A stretch of 64,000 nt of DNA from Enoplolaimus lenunculus (GCA_030248215.1 JASANG010004046.1:372001-436000); one strand, 5' to 3'; numbered from the stretch's first letter, positions 1 through 13,215 are shown. Program-made: numbers and translations. Notes: a model not told the origin generated them from the letters alone.

Positions 1-423
1 ACTCCGAATTTTGCCTGCCCACCGGATGGACAATATAGTTTTGCCACGGTGGTCAGAAGTTTTAACCAGGGGCAGGAATGCGCAAGGATATGAGTCTCCT
101 AGTCCCGAATTTTGTTTTATTGCAGTCCAGCCATGTATTTGGCTGGCCGGTTTTTAGTAGGTTAAAAATTTACTAATTTCTTAACCCAGAAATGGGTCCG
201 GTGATGACGGATAAGGATTGGGAATGCAAGTGCACTCCAGACCTGGGCGCGGAAATCCTATCCCGAACACGGCTAAGCCAGCGTAGCTAAGCCGATTCTA
301 CAAGTTTTGCCATCGCACAGTCATAAGATTGGGATCGCCAAGGATAGGTGGCTTATGCTTAGGTGCAGGGTCCCAACCTTATAACGTCTGTGCACATATA
401 CCGGTATAAGAAGTTGTCGCAAT

Positions 424-495
424 GACCGCGTAGTGCAGTGATAGCATGCTTGGCTCGAGCGCAAGAGGGCCAAGGTTCGAATCCCGGCATGGTCA
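424..495 (+). pseudogene. tRNA-derived sequence (tRNA pseudogene or SINE head)
   Basis: Cloverleaf-like: GACCGCG/CATGGTC acceptor stem, A box TAGTGCAGTGA, B box GGTTCGAATCC. Mismatches in three stems, and a CGA anticodon without the long Ser variable arm. Confidence 0.6.
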
Positions 496-1855
496 TTAAC
501 TTTGGGCAAAACTTCAAACAGGGGTCGTGCAGACCGTACAGTGCCAACAGGTATAATGTAAATTTCAAACCCAAAATATTTTGTTGATATATAAATTTAA
601 ATTTTATTTCGCTCCCTATTTGTTGCAAGTAATTATTTTTAGCAACACATTCAGTATTTTTAGGTCAATTTGATAACGCAGGTGCAGTTATGAGCGTTAA
701 TGCAGACTTAAAATGTTCATTTCAAATTTTGAAGCCCATGGATAGAAAACGAAAGCTGAGATTAGTATAGCAAATGAACTTGTTTGACTTTCATCTAAAT
801 TAAAGAGCATGAAAACTTTAAGAATGCTTTATTTAAATACAGTATATGGCAAGCGTCAAAAACTAAAAATTCAGAATCCTATCTTTTCATACGGAACACA
901 TCGAAGATTTGTCATAGGTTTTGAAACAGGTGAACTTAAGCAATTAAACATGCATTCGCAAATGTAAAATACCACATAACGAAGAGAATTTGCCAAATAT
1001 GCTATACTAAATGCGAAATGACGAAAGTTGCAAGGCTATGTAATTTTTATGCTATTCAAATGTGTAGTTTTTTGCTATTTCTACAAATTTTCACGTACTT
1101 TTCTGTGTGCATTACACAGAACAGAATTCTGGCATATGAATAGGTGCTTTTGTATCATTGAAAAAGCACAATTGAACTTGTCTTTTACATAAACGGCCAA
1201 TGTGTAGAACAGGGACTTCTCACTTCCGTATGACAGCTAGGAATTCCGCTGGTTTGGTAGGAAAAATCATAAGCATTTTTGGCTGGCAAAACTGAAAAAT
1301 TCAAACGCCTAGATTCTAGGCTAGGTTCACACACCGGGAAAAGTGGAAAATTTAAACGTATAGGTTTTCTTTAGGCCTGGTAGGAAAAGAATAGCTTGAT
1401 TGGTTTGGCTGGAAAATTGTGATGGTTAGGTTCGGAAAACGGGAAAGAGAAAAATTCAAGCGTTATGTCATTCCTTTTGGTTGGTAGGGAAAGTTAGAGG
1501 TGTAGGATGTGGGAAATTTGAATGTATGTTTTCACGTGGTTTGGTAGGAAAAATTTGAAGCATAACTTTTGTTGGAAAACAGGAAAATTGGAAAATTTGA
1601 ACGCCTAGATTGTCTACGGGTTGAAAACGGAATCTGAAGCGTAGGCTTTGTTTTGAAAATCGGCTGGTTTGACAAGAAAATTTTGAAGCGTAGGTTTTGT
1701 TTAGAAAACAGGAAAAGTGGAAATTTTAACGCCCAGGTTTTCCCTGGGTTGGTCGAGAAAATCTGTGACTTAGGACTCATTTATAAAACAGAAAAAGTGG
1801 CAAATTTAAACGCTGGATTTTTCTTGTTTATGGGTCATCCACGTTATACTGTCTA

Positions 1856-2281
1856 CTGTAGTGACCCGAATAAGAGGATGTGGGGTAATAAGAGGGGTCC
1901 CCATTTTGATTCCTATTCAATAGGAGTCCGTAAGCGGATAGAGTCCTTAAATCCTAATTAGAGTCCATGAATTCAGTTATTCCTAATTGTAGTGCATAAA
2001 TGACTCCAGGACCAAATAAAATTAAGTTCGAATCTTTAAAGCGTAGTTGTATTTTGAAAGTACATTAATAAGTATAACCTTGCATGATCGCTCAAGCTAT
2101 TGACACACAACAAATAAACGTTTAATTCAACGGTTAGTTGGAGTACCGGATATATCAGTAACAAAGGGTGGCGGAGCGTGGGTTAAAAATAAATAACAGT
2201 CCGTAACCGAATAACAAGGGGGGTACCCTCTGGAGAGGCCAAATAAATATCAGTTTCCCCCTCTTATTCGGGTCACTACAG
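1856..2281. mobile_element. Tc1/mariner-type MITE, family T copy 1
   Basis: TIR CTGTAGTGACCCGAATAAGAG at both ends; TA TSD. Confidence 0.9.
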
Positions 2282-2505
2282 TACGATAATGGAAAATATT
2301 GTACCCCCACATGTAAGTCTAAGTTCGTAATTGTAATTATATCACAAGTGATCGACATCCAGCGCACACCCACCACACAACTGGCACTCTCAAAATGACG
2401 TATACTTTGTCACAGAATTGCACCGCACATGCACATGCCACTTGTCCGAAAAGACTGTTCGCGAGGTAACGCGATACCAATATTCGTATCCCGACGTCTA
2501 GTGAT

Positions 2506-2823
2506 CCCCGACATTTCGTCGTCTTCGATAACTCGGTCACCCGGAAATTGTCACCTGCAAGTAGGCTCGACAACTCGTCGTGCCCGACAACTTGTCGCCC
2601 ACTCGTCGACCCCCTCAGTTTGTCACCCCGGCAACTCGTCGACCTTGACAACTTGTTGCCTCCACAACTCGTCGACTACGAAAACTCGTCGCCCCCGACG
2701 AATTGTCGCCCCGACAACTCGTCGACCCGATAACTTGTCGCCTTCCAGTAGGTACCGCAACTCGTCGACAAGACGAGTTGTCTGGTCGACAAACTATCGG
2801 GGGCGACGAATTGTCGTACATTC
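2506..2823. repeat. ~16-bp GC-rich tandem repeat (CCCCGACAACTCGTCG) whose last units are inverted
   Basis: Repeated ACAACTCGTCG units, switching to CGACGAATTGTCG/GACGAGTTGT after ~2770; MITE-like. Confidence 0.75.
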
Positions 2824-3467
2824 GCTTAGCGATTATACAGGCTGTCTGAACGAACATTTATTGTCAGACACTGAGTCTAAACAATGTCCACAGTGTCCCG
2901 ACTACCTTCAAAGGGACTACCGCCAAAACACACTACTTAGTATACTCGCTGTTAATCCGTAAAATCATAAGAACAATATTGTTTTATACTGCCACTGCAG
3001 CCAAGTTTGTGGACTTTTTTCACATAAGTAGTAGCCTAGACAGTATAACGTGGATGACCCGTTAGTATGAAAAATCTATCTCATGTTTACGCTAAGGGCC
3101 GTCCATTGTCCCAGCACAGCAACAAAGCAGGAGTGCAGCGTTGGCAAACCAACGCTCAAAACTCTTGCTTACGTATAATTTTTTATATACTATATTAAAC
3201 AGCGGCGCAGTTAGGCGTGCTTCAGGTGTGAACACCTCCCTCCGTTTGGGATTTTTGTTTGCTGGGATTCTCAGACACGGTTTCTGTTGGAACTCCTTTT
3301 GAAACTTTTATGAAATGTAACCCTAAAGAATTTATATAGATTATAAATAGGCCAAGGCTAGACCTTAGGGGGAGCTTTTTTAGTCCCTCAAAGCAAAACT
3401 AACGCAGAAACAGTTTCTTTCATTGCGTTTTCAAGAGGAAGTTACTGCGTCCCTAATCCCTTCTCGG

Positions 3468-3764
3468 CAAGGGCGGATCCAGGGGGATGGGGGATATATC
3501 TCCCCACCGGCTGCCGAGTGTAAACAGGGTTAAAACCAACGTAAACTATAATGGCGGTTACGGTGATTTTTAAAAGATGGGAAAAAGAACAAAAAACCTC
3601 TTCGTCCTAGTAACAGCCAAGATATAGGCTAGAATTTTATGCAACATCCGATTTAATGAGTGCATTGCATACATATATGTACTTACATATATATACATAT
3701 ATGCCAATACTTAACATTTGCCACTTGTACATTCCCCCACCAGGAATTTCTGGATCCGCCACTG
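3468..3764. mobile_element. hAT-type MITE
   Basis: Ends CAAGGGCGGATCCAG / CTGGATCCGCCACTG; perfect 8-bp TSD CTTCTCGG. Confidence 0.9.
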
Positions 3765-4367
3765 CTTCTCGGTTTCAAGGGACCTTATCAGAACAGGATG
3801 CTGAGACGCCTTAGTTCCCCGCACTAAACAATTCCTTAATTAAACTGCTGCCTATGTTTCAGATTTTCCGTAACTAACCATAGAAAATCTACACGTTAAA
3901 AATTTTACATATTTCCCGTTATTTCCCGTTTTCCAAACGAAACCTATGTTTTAGCTTTTCCCTACAAACACAGGGTGTCTATAGGCGTTTAAATTTTCCA
4001 CTTTTTTGTTTTCCGAACCAACTACGTTTCACATTTGCCCTTCCGAACCAGGAAATATTTAGGCGTCTGAGTTTTTCAGTTTTCCAATTGTACCAGTCGA
4101 ACTTGTGGTTGTGATTTTTCCTACCAAACCACCGGAATTCCTAACCGTCGTACAGGAGTGGCTGCGCTGAACTCCTGAACACAAGTTTTCCACTCTGGAA
4201 ACAAGGAAAGCCCTTGTGCTATACATGGGTCAAAGATTCAAAGGTGTTACAGAAGAGAACACAATATTTTAATTATTTTCGCATCACACGAAGCATGCCT
4301 TAGATAATGAATACAACAGAGTCTTAGTCTTGACGGCATAACTGAACGCTACGTACTATGGCCGGTA

Positions 4368-5602
4368 TAAAATGGGCACCGGACATCCGGATGTAAAAAT
4401 ATCCGGATATGTATCCGAAACGTAACGTGTATCCGGATGTTCTGATATGCGCCGGATATCAAACGTGGTTTTGTGTAAAAAATTTTACCAATAATTTGCA
4501 TTGTTTCACCATTAAAGTAGCTGAAACTGACGAAAGGAAATTCCGTATTTAAACTTGAGTTAAAATATGGAACCACATTCCTGCGTAATTCCATGATGAT
4601 TTGAAAATTAGATTTCTTAAAACATGCTAAAATTAGAAAAACTTCAGTTTAGCGTGATATTTATCGGAATAGCGACCTCGTATTTATATCTCAAAATTAG
4701 CCCAGTGAAAAAATGCAACGAATGCGTATCGTCAAGTGCACAATTTATTACCGTTGCAAGAAACAAAATAAACTTATACATATACCAAGTCGCGTCGCGA
4801 GATTATACATACTGGACTTCATTTTTCATTTTGATCGCGTTTGATTTAATAAGATGCCAAGTCTGACTGAGAATGATGCTAATTAGTAAAGGCTCACTTG
4901 CAAATCTGGCAATTTGTGAAGGTCACATATGAATTTCCCGAGCTCATAACTTTTGAATTCAAACTCCCATGCAAAGCGATTTCATATTATACACCAAAAC
5001 AGTCCAAAAGTATTTTATCAGCGATTCTAGCTGTCTGAATAATGAACAGCATAATGTGGGGCTGGGGCGACAACCGCATCATGCTTAGTGTCCTTTCAAA
5101 ATGCGGTAGGTTCAAGGAAACTGCAGCCTCCGCCTGACTAAGAAAAAGCACAAAATTGATTCAAAAAGGTTGGTTATGACAAAAAGCGTCCTCCTGCATT
5201 TGTGTCGTGAAATTAATAGTAAATTAGGTGCGCTAAATTGGTCATCAAACACAAAAATGACGCAATTCAACTCAGCGCGTAGCTTTTAATAGCTTACTGT
5301 TGAAAATAGGTATTTTCAGTTCAGCTGTAGTTCATAAGATCACAAAAAGTGAATGTATAATCCAAATCTTCAGAAATTGAAACTTAATTGAAATTATCAG
5401 AATCATGGTACTTCCCTTGGAGCAACAAGTAAAAACAAATACTTGAGAAACAAAATTGTGGTTGGAAAACCCAAAAAACGTTAAATTCAGTTTCGGACAT
5501 CTGAAATAGAGAATGTAATCTCAGTTATTTGGATATACGGATAAATAGTCGCCAACAATTGCCAGATATCCCGATATAAAAAATGTCCGATGCCCATCAC
5601 TA
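4368..5602 (-). mobile_element. ~1.2-kb hAT-type non-autonomous element, family A
   Basis: Ends ATGGGCACCGGA / TCCGATGCCCATCACTA; interior matches 20615-21563 in inverted orientation, and the ends match 13249 and 16415. Confidence 0.8.
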
Positions 5603-6634
5603 ACGGTCAATGTTACCTTTACCATCGTTTAAAATGTTTGTTACCTAGGTTACATTTATGCAAAAATATAATCGGCTGGTTTAGTTATCAGCGGCCAAGT
5701 TAGCTAATAAAATGGTACACATAAAACTGGCTTCTGGATTATATGAACGCAATGATAAGATTTTTCGTTTCTGACTTTATCCAAATTCATTAAAATACAA
5801 TGTGCAAATAGACAGGTGCCATACTGCTTATAATACACATCACAAATATAACCGCGTGGTTCACAGTAGTTGTAAATCTAAGGTGAGCGAGTTTGAGTGT
5901 TGCGCACTACAGCTTTTCGGCTGTTTGGTCAGCTTCACCGTAATAGGGACCTCACGTTTGCGCAGAAGGTGCAAACGTACATGTATAAAAAATTTTGAAG
6001 CCATTCGAACGACCAAACACGGATATCATTAGGGCCAGACATCTGCAGACCAGCGCTGCTTGCTCAAAGAAATCAAGAGCAAATCAACATCAAAGGAACT
6101 TAATTTTAATAAATCTTGAAATGCATAGCTACACTCAAAATAACATTTCTGGTATTTAAGCAAAAATTTCTTCCATTTAATGTGAGTAAGGTGCACTTGA
6201 AAAGTATTTCTGTTAGAAAAGTTTTCATAAAAGTTTTGAAACGAAGTCTAATAATAAACGTTTTCCTGTTGTTTTAGAAAAATTGTCTTAATATCAGAAA
6301 AACCTTTCAGATTTTCCACAGAAAATACTTTTCTGAATAAATTCAGAAATACTTTTTTGTGTGTAATTATGTCACTCACACGTTACCATACGTGTACTCC
6401 GCATATCAATCGTCCCCTATACTGTTTTAAAAATGCTAGCTATACTGTTATTGCGAAACAGTGTGCGGACATTTTACCTCTAAATAAAAATGTCCGCAAG
6501 GAGTTTGTTGCATAGACGGACATTTTGTATACAGTTTGCGCATTATGTTAATATTAAACATAGAGTTGCGACAACTGTCGGTCTTTATCGTTCGATCTAA
6601 AAGTTGTTGCCGCAAAGCGCTATATAAGAAATAA

Positions 6635-6708
6635 TTTGAATTTGCTACCAAAATTTAATTTTCCTGCAAAAATTTGAATTTTCCCGCCAAAATTTGAATT
6701 TCCCCGCT
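6635..6708. repeat. ~20-bp tandem repeat AAAATTTGAATTTTCCCGCC
   Basis: About 4 units; the same motif recurs at 14795-14887. Confidence 0.75.
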
Positions 6709-7643
6709 ATGGTGTCATAAGTGTGTCTATCATATAAAAATATTGTCCACTCCACAGCTTTCAAAGATTTCAATGTCCAAGACAGTGTTACTGCAAAACA
6801 GTCTTGTCCGGATACAGTTTAGGTGAAACTCTATGATACTGTTTCAAAATGAAGGGTTTCGATAAAACATAAGCCGGATAAGCTATAAATTTTCTTTTGG
6901 GATACTTTTTGTGTGCGGAGCGCACGTATGATAACCAGTGAGTGACATTAATTGACCTCGTTAAAATTGTTTTAATTTTCCAATACTGTTTAATCCTATT
7001 CTGTGTTGGCATCGATCTGTAGTTAATTTCTTTCACGGCTGAATGCTACATTCACGATAAGTTTGAAAATTTTTAGACTTTATTTTTTGCGTGCACAAAT
7101 CCAGCTTCTTCGTTGTTATCTATTTTACATACTCCAAACAAGGCATCAAGCAATATTCATATTCTAATGAATGTTTCTGTAACTGCTCACATTTCAACAT
7201 ACATTCGTCGACTAAAAATATATACAAATAAAAAAAGTAAAAATATATCCATATGTAGTGTCCATGGTCGCAAATATATAGCATATATCTCGAGTTCGTG
7301 ACAAATACCAAAACTTTGAACCAATCGAGAACTTCAAAATTTAAAAATTTGGTAGCATCTGTGTGCTCCTAAATTTGAGCCGAGTTTAATGTTTCTAGCT
7401 GCGGTAGTTCGCTTGTTTGATACCCATTTGAGAATACGGACCTACAGCTGCAACAATTTTTGTCGTTTAAATTACGCATCAACGAAATTAGTATAGATAA
7501 TGAAGCGTTCAACTTTTTATAATGCCCGAAATTGGTTGAAAAGCACATTACTATGTCAGTCCCACGTTACCATTGTTAAATATGTGCCCTGTTTAGTTCT
7601 TATGTGGGCTCAATAGAGTTTCGCAGTAAATCTGGGTGGACAC

Positions 7644-8541
7644 CAGGGTGCGACCGGATACCATAAACTGACGGAGCCGGAGCCGGATAATCTAATATCC
7701 GGCCGGAACCGGAGCCGGATAGTTAATTCGATTGTTTATTTAATATCATATTGCTTTATAAGTGTATAGTTTGTATTATACTTTATAAAATCATATTACT
7801 GTTTGAATTACTGGTTGAGCGCACCAGTTATGGGTTTTTCGTAAAGCGTTCAGATATCCGAACGTAACTCCCAATTCTTCCTTCCGTGGCCTATATTAAA
7901 AGTGTTTTCGAGACAAAGCTTTACAGATACAGTTGTCCCATGGAGCATTTCGCTCATAAAAAGGTAAACACCAGAAAATTGTACAAATAGAGATCCTTTT
8001 TCCATTGAAATGTGCCGGATGTTTTTGCCGGATATTATTAAAAAATATATTTTAATTTATTTGAGAACGTGCTAACAGCATATTTATGAGTATATTTTTA
8101 TACACATGGCGTTACTTGTGATGGCCTATGTAAAGATCAGTGGCGGACCGTTTTTTTCTCAGACTGGGACTGGAATAGTGTCACGCCATTTACACCAAGA
8201 CACGGCAAACATTTTACGCACGTACAGGCCACGTTTGCTTAAGCTTACGACACGCTTAGGCAAGCAAACTTTGGCGACACGATCTACGATGTTCTTCAGA
8301 CTAACGGCTAATAGGTTCTACAAAACTGAACAGCGTGTGAACTGATTGAATTTCGATATAATATATGGCATTAGCATTTAAGGTAGACACAACAAATGTT
8401 AAACAATTGCTAAGTGCTCGATATCACAACTAGCAAACACAACTTTAATAACATAAATTTTTTCAAACAAATATCCGGCAAGAAAAAATACCGGAGCCGG
8501 ATGCCGATTTTTTGCCGGACCGGATATCTGATCGCACCCTG
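7644..8541. mobile_element. hAT-type MITE (CAGGGTGCRACCGGA family)
   Basis: TIR CAGGGTGCGA/TCGCACCCTG; perfect TSD GTGGACAC; subterminal CCGGA repeats. Confidence 0.9.
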
Positions 8542-11404
8542 GTGGACACGACGTTAGCTAGCTATCGCGTTTAAGCACTGTCGTTTTCCACGGCATGTCC
8601 ACAATTCAGTTACAGTTACCAACATTTGCCTTTACCCGCCCTTAATTTCTCCTCTGTGTTTAGCGGAATTGTGTCATTTTGCAGTGCAGTGCGTTACTCG
8701 CTTATAAAATATTTTAGGCGGGTAAAGAATCACAAAGTTTTATCCGTGCTTTGAAAATTTTAACCGCGTGTATACCCGCCAGCGTCAAAACTTTCTTACT
8801 CGTCCCGAGGTTACCTGCGGGTATCCGCGTGCAGCGTGCAGTTCTGTTCTGAACATTATTTGTGCAACCGAAACCAATGGTAACGTGGGAGGGATATTAA
8901 TTGGTTAAACTAAAAACTAAGTGACTCCTTAAAAATTGCAAAATATACACAGAAGTTTCGTAACTCTCAAAATGAGATCTTCTAATATTATAATCTTTTA
9001 TATTTTGTAAATGGTTAGTTACACAGTCGTGATGTAAACAATCGCAATCACACGTTCGAGTACGGCACATTATAAAATATTACATGCGGTCCATAAGTTA
9101 ACGAGATGAATTTTTATTACATACCAGAAAACGCATTGTGCACCACCAATACAAGCACAATCAGAAAAGCGAACAATACACGTTTGTTGCACATGATGAA
9201 TTGAGCTATAAAGTAACAAACTAGTTTCTTAAGCTACAAATGTAAACATTTCCTTCTGATTATTGAATAAACAGCATGATTAGCACAGTTATAGAAACCG
9301 TCAAAACCGTGACGAATATTAAAATTTGAAGAAAACATTTCCCTAGTGGTTCTAGAAAATAAAACATTGAACTCAGTCCCGGAACAGACAGGGGTTGGGG
9401 GCTCACCCAAACTTTATGCTGTACTAAAGTTTAGACTTAAGATCAAAATTTAAATAGAGAAACGTTCAATGTTGTGCCAAATTTAGCGTAGTAAATTTTA
9501 AATATATACAAATTTTCTATGTCAAAAATCAAATTTTCAGATTTTAGCGTAAGAAGCTTTAAACTATAAACAGTTCCAATATAATTTTCATCCGGCACGG
9601 AAATGCTGAATAAACGTTGAACTTACGTTTGTTGAAAAACTGCGAAGCAGAATATCAAATGTACGCAGACAAAGCAACAAAATATAAATTTTCTCAAATT
9701 CAACTGACGCTATGGCCTGAATTATCTTCTTTAAGTAGGATATTGCGATTTCATGCTATACCTACAACCCCGAAATCACCAAAATAAAATGTTTGCTCAG
9801 TTGCGAATTAAAATATTTTGCAATCTGCCTAGCAGTATATGTACAGTTAAATGTACTTGATTTTACGTTAAAAAATATCTCTTCAGAAATATACTAAATA
9901 ATCAAAGAAATGACCGACAATTGAAATCGGTAAAAATAGTGAATGTTATAAAATCCAGTCGCATACGCTAAGCTAACAAATAGGAATTGTAAATATCAAG
10001 AACGCAACCCAACTAAAAAGCTTTCGTTCTGTATATGTTCCACAACAGGTAATCAGTAGCAGATCCAGATATTGGACCATGTTACGACAAAGTTCGTCCC
10101 ATTGTCCCGGGACAGCAACACACCAAGAGTGCAAACATGTGCACTCCTGTTTATACCAATACTTGCAGCTGCTAGCCCGTAAGAACCCAACACTACTGGA
10201 TCGTTATGCGTTGTAATTGCCAGACTTGAATATTATTAGCTTCGTCCAACTCTGGGTCCCGCGTACGTACCACATTCACGCTCATTTCGTGGTCGGTTAT
10301 AGACAATTGCGAACAATAGTTTGTGAATTGCCCATTCAAACGCATTGTCAAGTGGCTCGCTTCGCTGCAATGGCATCATAGTATTCGCGATTATACGTCC
10401 TCTCCTCCAGGTTAAAGATATCCCTTTTGATCAAAGTGAGCATGAACCCATTCGTATTCCCAAGCGAGGAAATCAATACGGGCTTAAGTTAGAAGATCCT
10501 ATCTTTATTTTATTTTTTCGAGAGAGAGAAGGTTTACTGACAAAACACAACCAAGTGTTGCTTCGAGAGAGAGAGACAGAGAGAGAGTGAGAGCAGGTTT
10601 TACTGACAAAAACACTACCAAGTGTTGCTCAACTACCTGGTTTAAAACATAGGTTTATAACACAGTTTATAGTATACATAAGTTAAACTTTGAAATTTAA
10701 CACACGTAATGAATACTATATATCGTTGCGGATAATTGCGTCTATTTCCTGTCAATGTCTTTTAATTTGAAACCTAATGGGTTTTGACGGCTCAATGATT
10801 GTTTCGATGTATTTTTGAAAGTGTGAAGTTCTTAATCTTACTTTCAACCTGTACAAAGAACGAAAAACATTTGTTTTAAAAATAACCTTCGGCGTGTGAA
10901 TTTCATTTTCTAAGTTGAACAAGCAACGTGCTCTCCAAATAGCAAACAGAACATGTTGCACCGCCCAGTTGAAACGAACATGTCTGTAAGGTCAGTCGAG
11001 TTGTTTTCCAAGAATTACATCAGTAAAATTGAAATACGTTGTCACCGTTATGTTCAAGAAAAAGAGAGTCATTTCTAAGCAAAAATATATGCCCGAGGGC
11101 AATGTATAAATACATGGGGTTTGTCCTCATCATTTTGAACATTTAACTGTTCGCAATGAACCTATAGTATACCCGAGAACCCATAGGCCTCCACCGCAAC
11201 CTCGCCCGCCTCGACCCCCTGCTCGGAGACCTCTCCCAGTAGACACCAATTTGGACTCTTCGGCTAGAGACTTCCTCAACATCTCGACATAGCCAACGAA
11301 AATCTGCGGTCTTCATCTCGAGATTGAATTCGTCGCATCTCATAGACTTGGGATCAAGGCCGAAGCAGCCATCCCCATACCCCCATTTTGGCGTCCCCCA
11401 CCCC

Positions 11405-11992
11405 GGCCAATGTATAGAACAGGAGCTTCCAGTTTTTCAGGGTGGAAAACTTATGACCAGGAGTGCAGCGCAGCCACTCCTGTATGACGGCCTGATTTTC
11501 CACTGGTTTGGTAGGAAAAGTCACATGCAAAAGTTTTGCTGGGGAAAAGTGGAAAATTAATAATCCTGGATAATCCCTGGTTCAGTAGGGAAAATCTGTA
11601 GTGCAAAGTTTGTTTGGAAAACGGGAAAAGTGGAAAGAAAAATTAAACGTTTAGATTATTCCTGGGATGGTAGGAAAAATCTGAAGCATATAGGTTATGT
11701 TTGGAAAATGTGAAAAGTGGAAAATTCCAACGCCCGGCCTTTTCTGGTCTGGTAGGGAAGTCAAACGCATATATATTCCCAGGTTTGGTAGGGAAAATCT
11801 GAAGCGTAAAATTTGTTCGGTGAACGAGAAAAGTGGAAAATTTAAAAGCCTAAATTTTCATGGTTTGGTTAACCGTTCGGACTTTTCCTGGTTTAGTTTT
11901 TGTAGGGAAAATCGTAGCATTTGCTGCAAAACCGGAAAACTAAAAAATTCAAACGCCTAGTCTTATTTTGGTGCTGAAAATCTGAAGCGTAA
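11405..11992 (+). mobile_element. Left arm of the 80-bp-array foldback family
   Basis: GGCCAATGTATAGAACAGG end followed by GGAAAATCTGAAGC/GGAAAAGTGGAAAATT units; inverse of 55270-56405. Confidence 0.75.
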
Positions 11993-12361
11993 CTCAGGAG
12001 TTACGCATTTATCAATAAGGCATAAAGACTGTAGTATTGTTCAAGCAAAAGTTTTGCCCAGATTCAGCAATTTTAGCCGTGAATATTTTCTATTGCAAAA
12101 TTGTACCTTTTCGTAAATTTATTTGTATCTTTAGGCTTGGGCAAATTTTGCATGCAAACGCATTGCACACTGCTATGAATACGCATTTGCTTTACTCTAC
12201 TGCTTGTATATGAAAAACCAAATTAATTTTTTACTTCGAGTACAAGCAAATTAAAGGCTAGCAATAATTTTACAAATATATTTCAGTAAACCAAACGTGG
12301 CAGTGAATAATGCCACTAGCATTAAAGAAACTTAACAATAAAATGCTAGTCTCACTCACTA

Positions 12362-12801
12362 CTGTAGTGACCCGAATAAGAGGGGGACTGATATTTATTT
12401 GGCCTTTTCAGAGGGTACCCCTGTTACTCGGTTACAGACTCTTATTTATTTTCAACCCACACTCCGCCATCCTTCGTTAATGATATATATTCAGTATTGC
12501 AACTATCCGTTGAATTAAACGTTTGTCTTGTGTCAATAGCTTTAGAGATAATGCAAGATTATAATTAGGAATGTACTTTCAAAATTTAAGTACACTTTAA
12601 AGTTTCCAACTCAACATTATTTGGTCCTGGAGTCATTTATGCGCTACAATTAGGGATAATTGACATTTATGGACTCTAATTTGGGTTTGTGGACTCAATC
12701 CGCTTATGGACTCTTATTAAGGATACGGACTCCTATTGTTTGGTACTCAAAATGGGGACCCTCCCTGTTATTATCCTCCTCTCTTATTCGGGTCAATACA
12801 G
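12362..12801. mobile_element. Tc1/mariner-type MITE, family T copy 2
   Basis: Same TIR as 1856-2281, TA flanks, opposite orientation. Confidence 0.9.
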
Positions 12802-12997
12802 TACCATTTAAAGAAAAGAATACTTAAATTTTCGTATTTTTGCTGTCTTTCATACACGAAAAATCCCAGTATTATATACAGATTCTATAGCTAAAATTGA
12901 AAACTTCAGACGGCTTGTTTGAAATGGAAATTAATTCCGGGTACAATTCGGATACTGAAAGTAAGTTTGACATACCGCACATCATTTACGCACCATT

Positions 12998-13215
12998 CAC
13001 TGTAAATTTCAGTGAGTTGATTTTAATTCAGAATGAGTTATATCACTCAATCTGAATTAGGACTATCAGAACTCAACGTTCTGATTCAATTCAACTCATT
13101 CTGAGTTAATTAATCAACTCAGCCAAAATCAGCTCAACTCAGAGTGAGAATCAACTCAACTCATATTGAGTTTAATGTTTAATAATATGAATTCAAAAAT
13201 AACTAACTCACTGGT
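12998..13215. repeat. CACTG-ended element remnant with GAGTT/AACTC repeats
   Basis: CACTGTAAAT start with many AACTCA/TGAGTT motifs; related to 40646-40883. Confidence 0.55.

Larger units (their letters stand above)
1831..3061. mobile_element. PIF/Harbinger-type non-autonomous element
   Basis: 25-bp TIR YGGGTCATCCACGTTATACTGTCTA at both ends, flanked by TTA on each side. Confidence 0.85.
1195..4231. mobile_element. Foldback-like non-autonomous element with inverted ~80-bp tandem arrays
   Basis: Left end GGCCAATGTGTAGAACAGGG followed by a plus-strand array (~1250-1830); minus-strand array (~3860-4140) followed by right end CCCTTGTGCTATACATGGGTC. No clear TSD. Confidence 0.65.

Noticed and set aside
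2337..2962. 177-aa and overlapping ORFs
   Set aside because: Arise from the 16-bp tandem repeat inside nested MITEs.
11156..11270. Pro/Arg-rich frame (PPPQPRPPRPP) resembling an antimicrobial peptide
   Set aside because: No in-frame start or signal peptide; an expected by-product of C-rich sequence.
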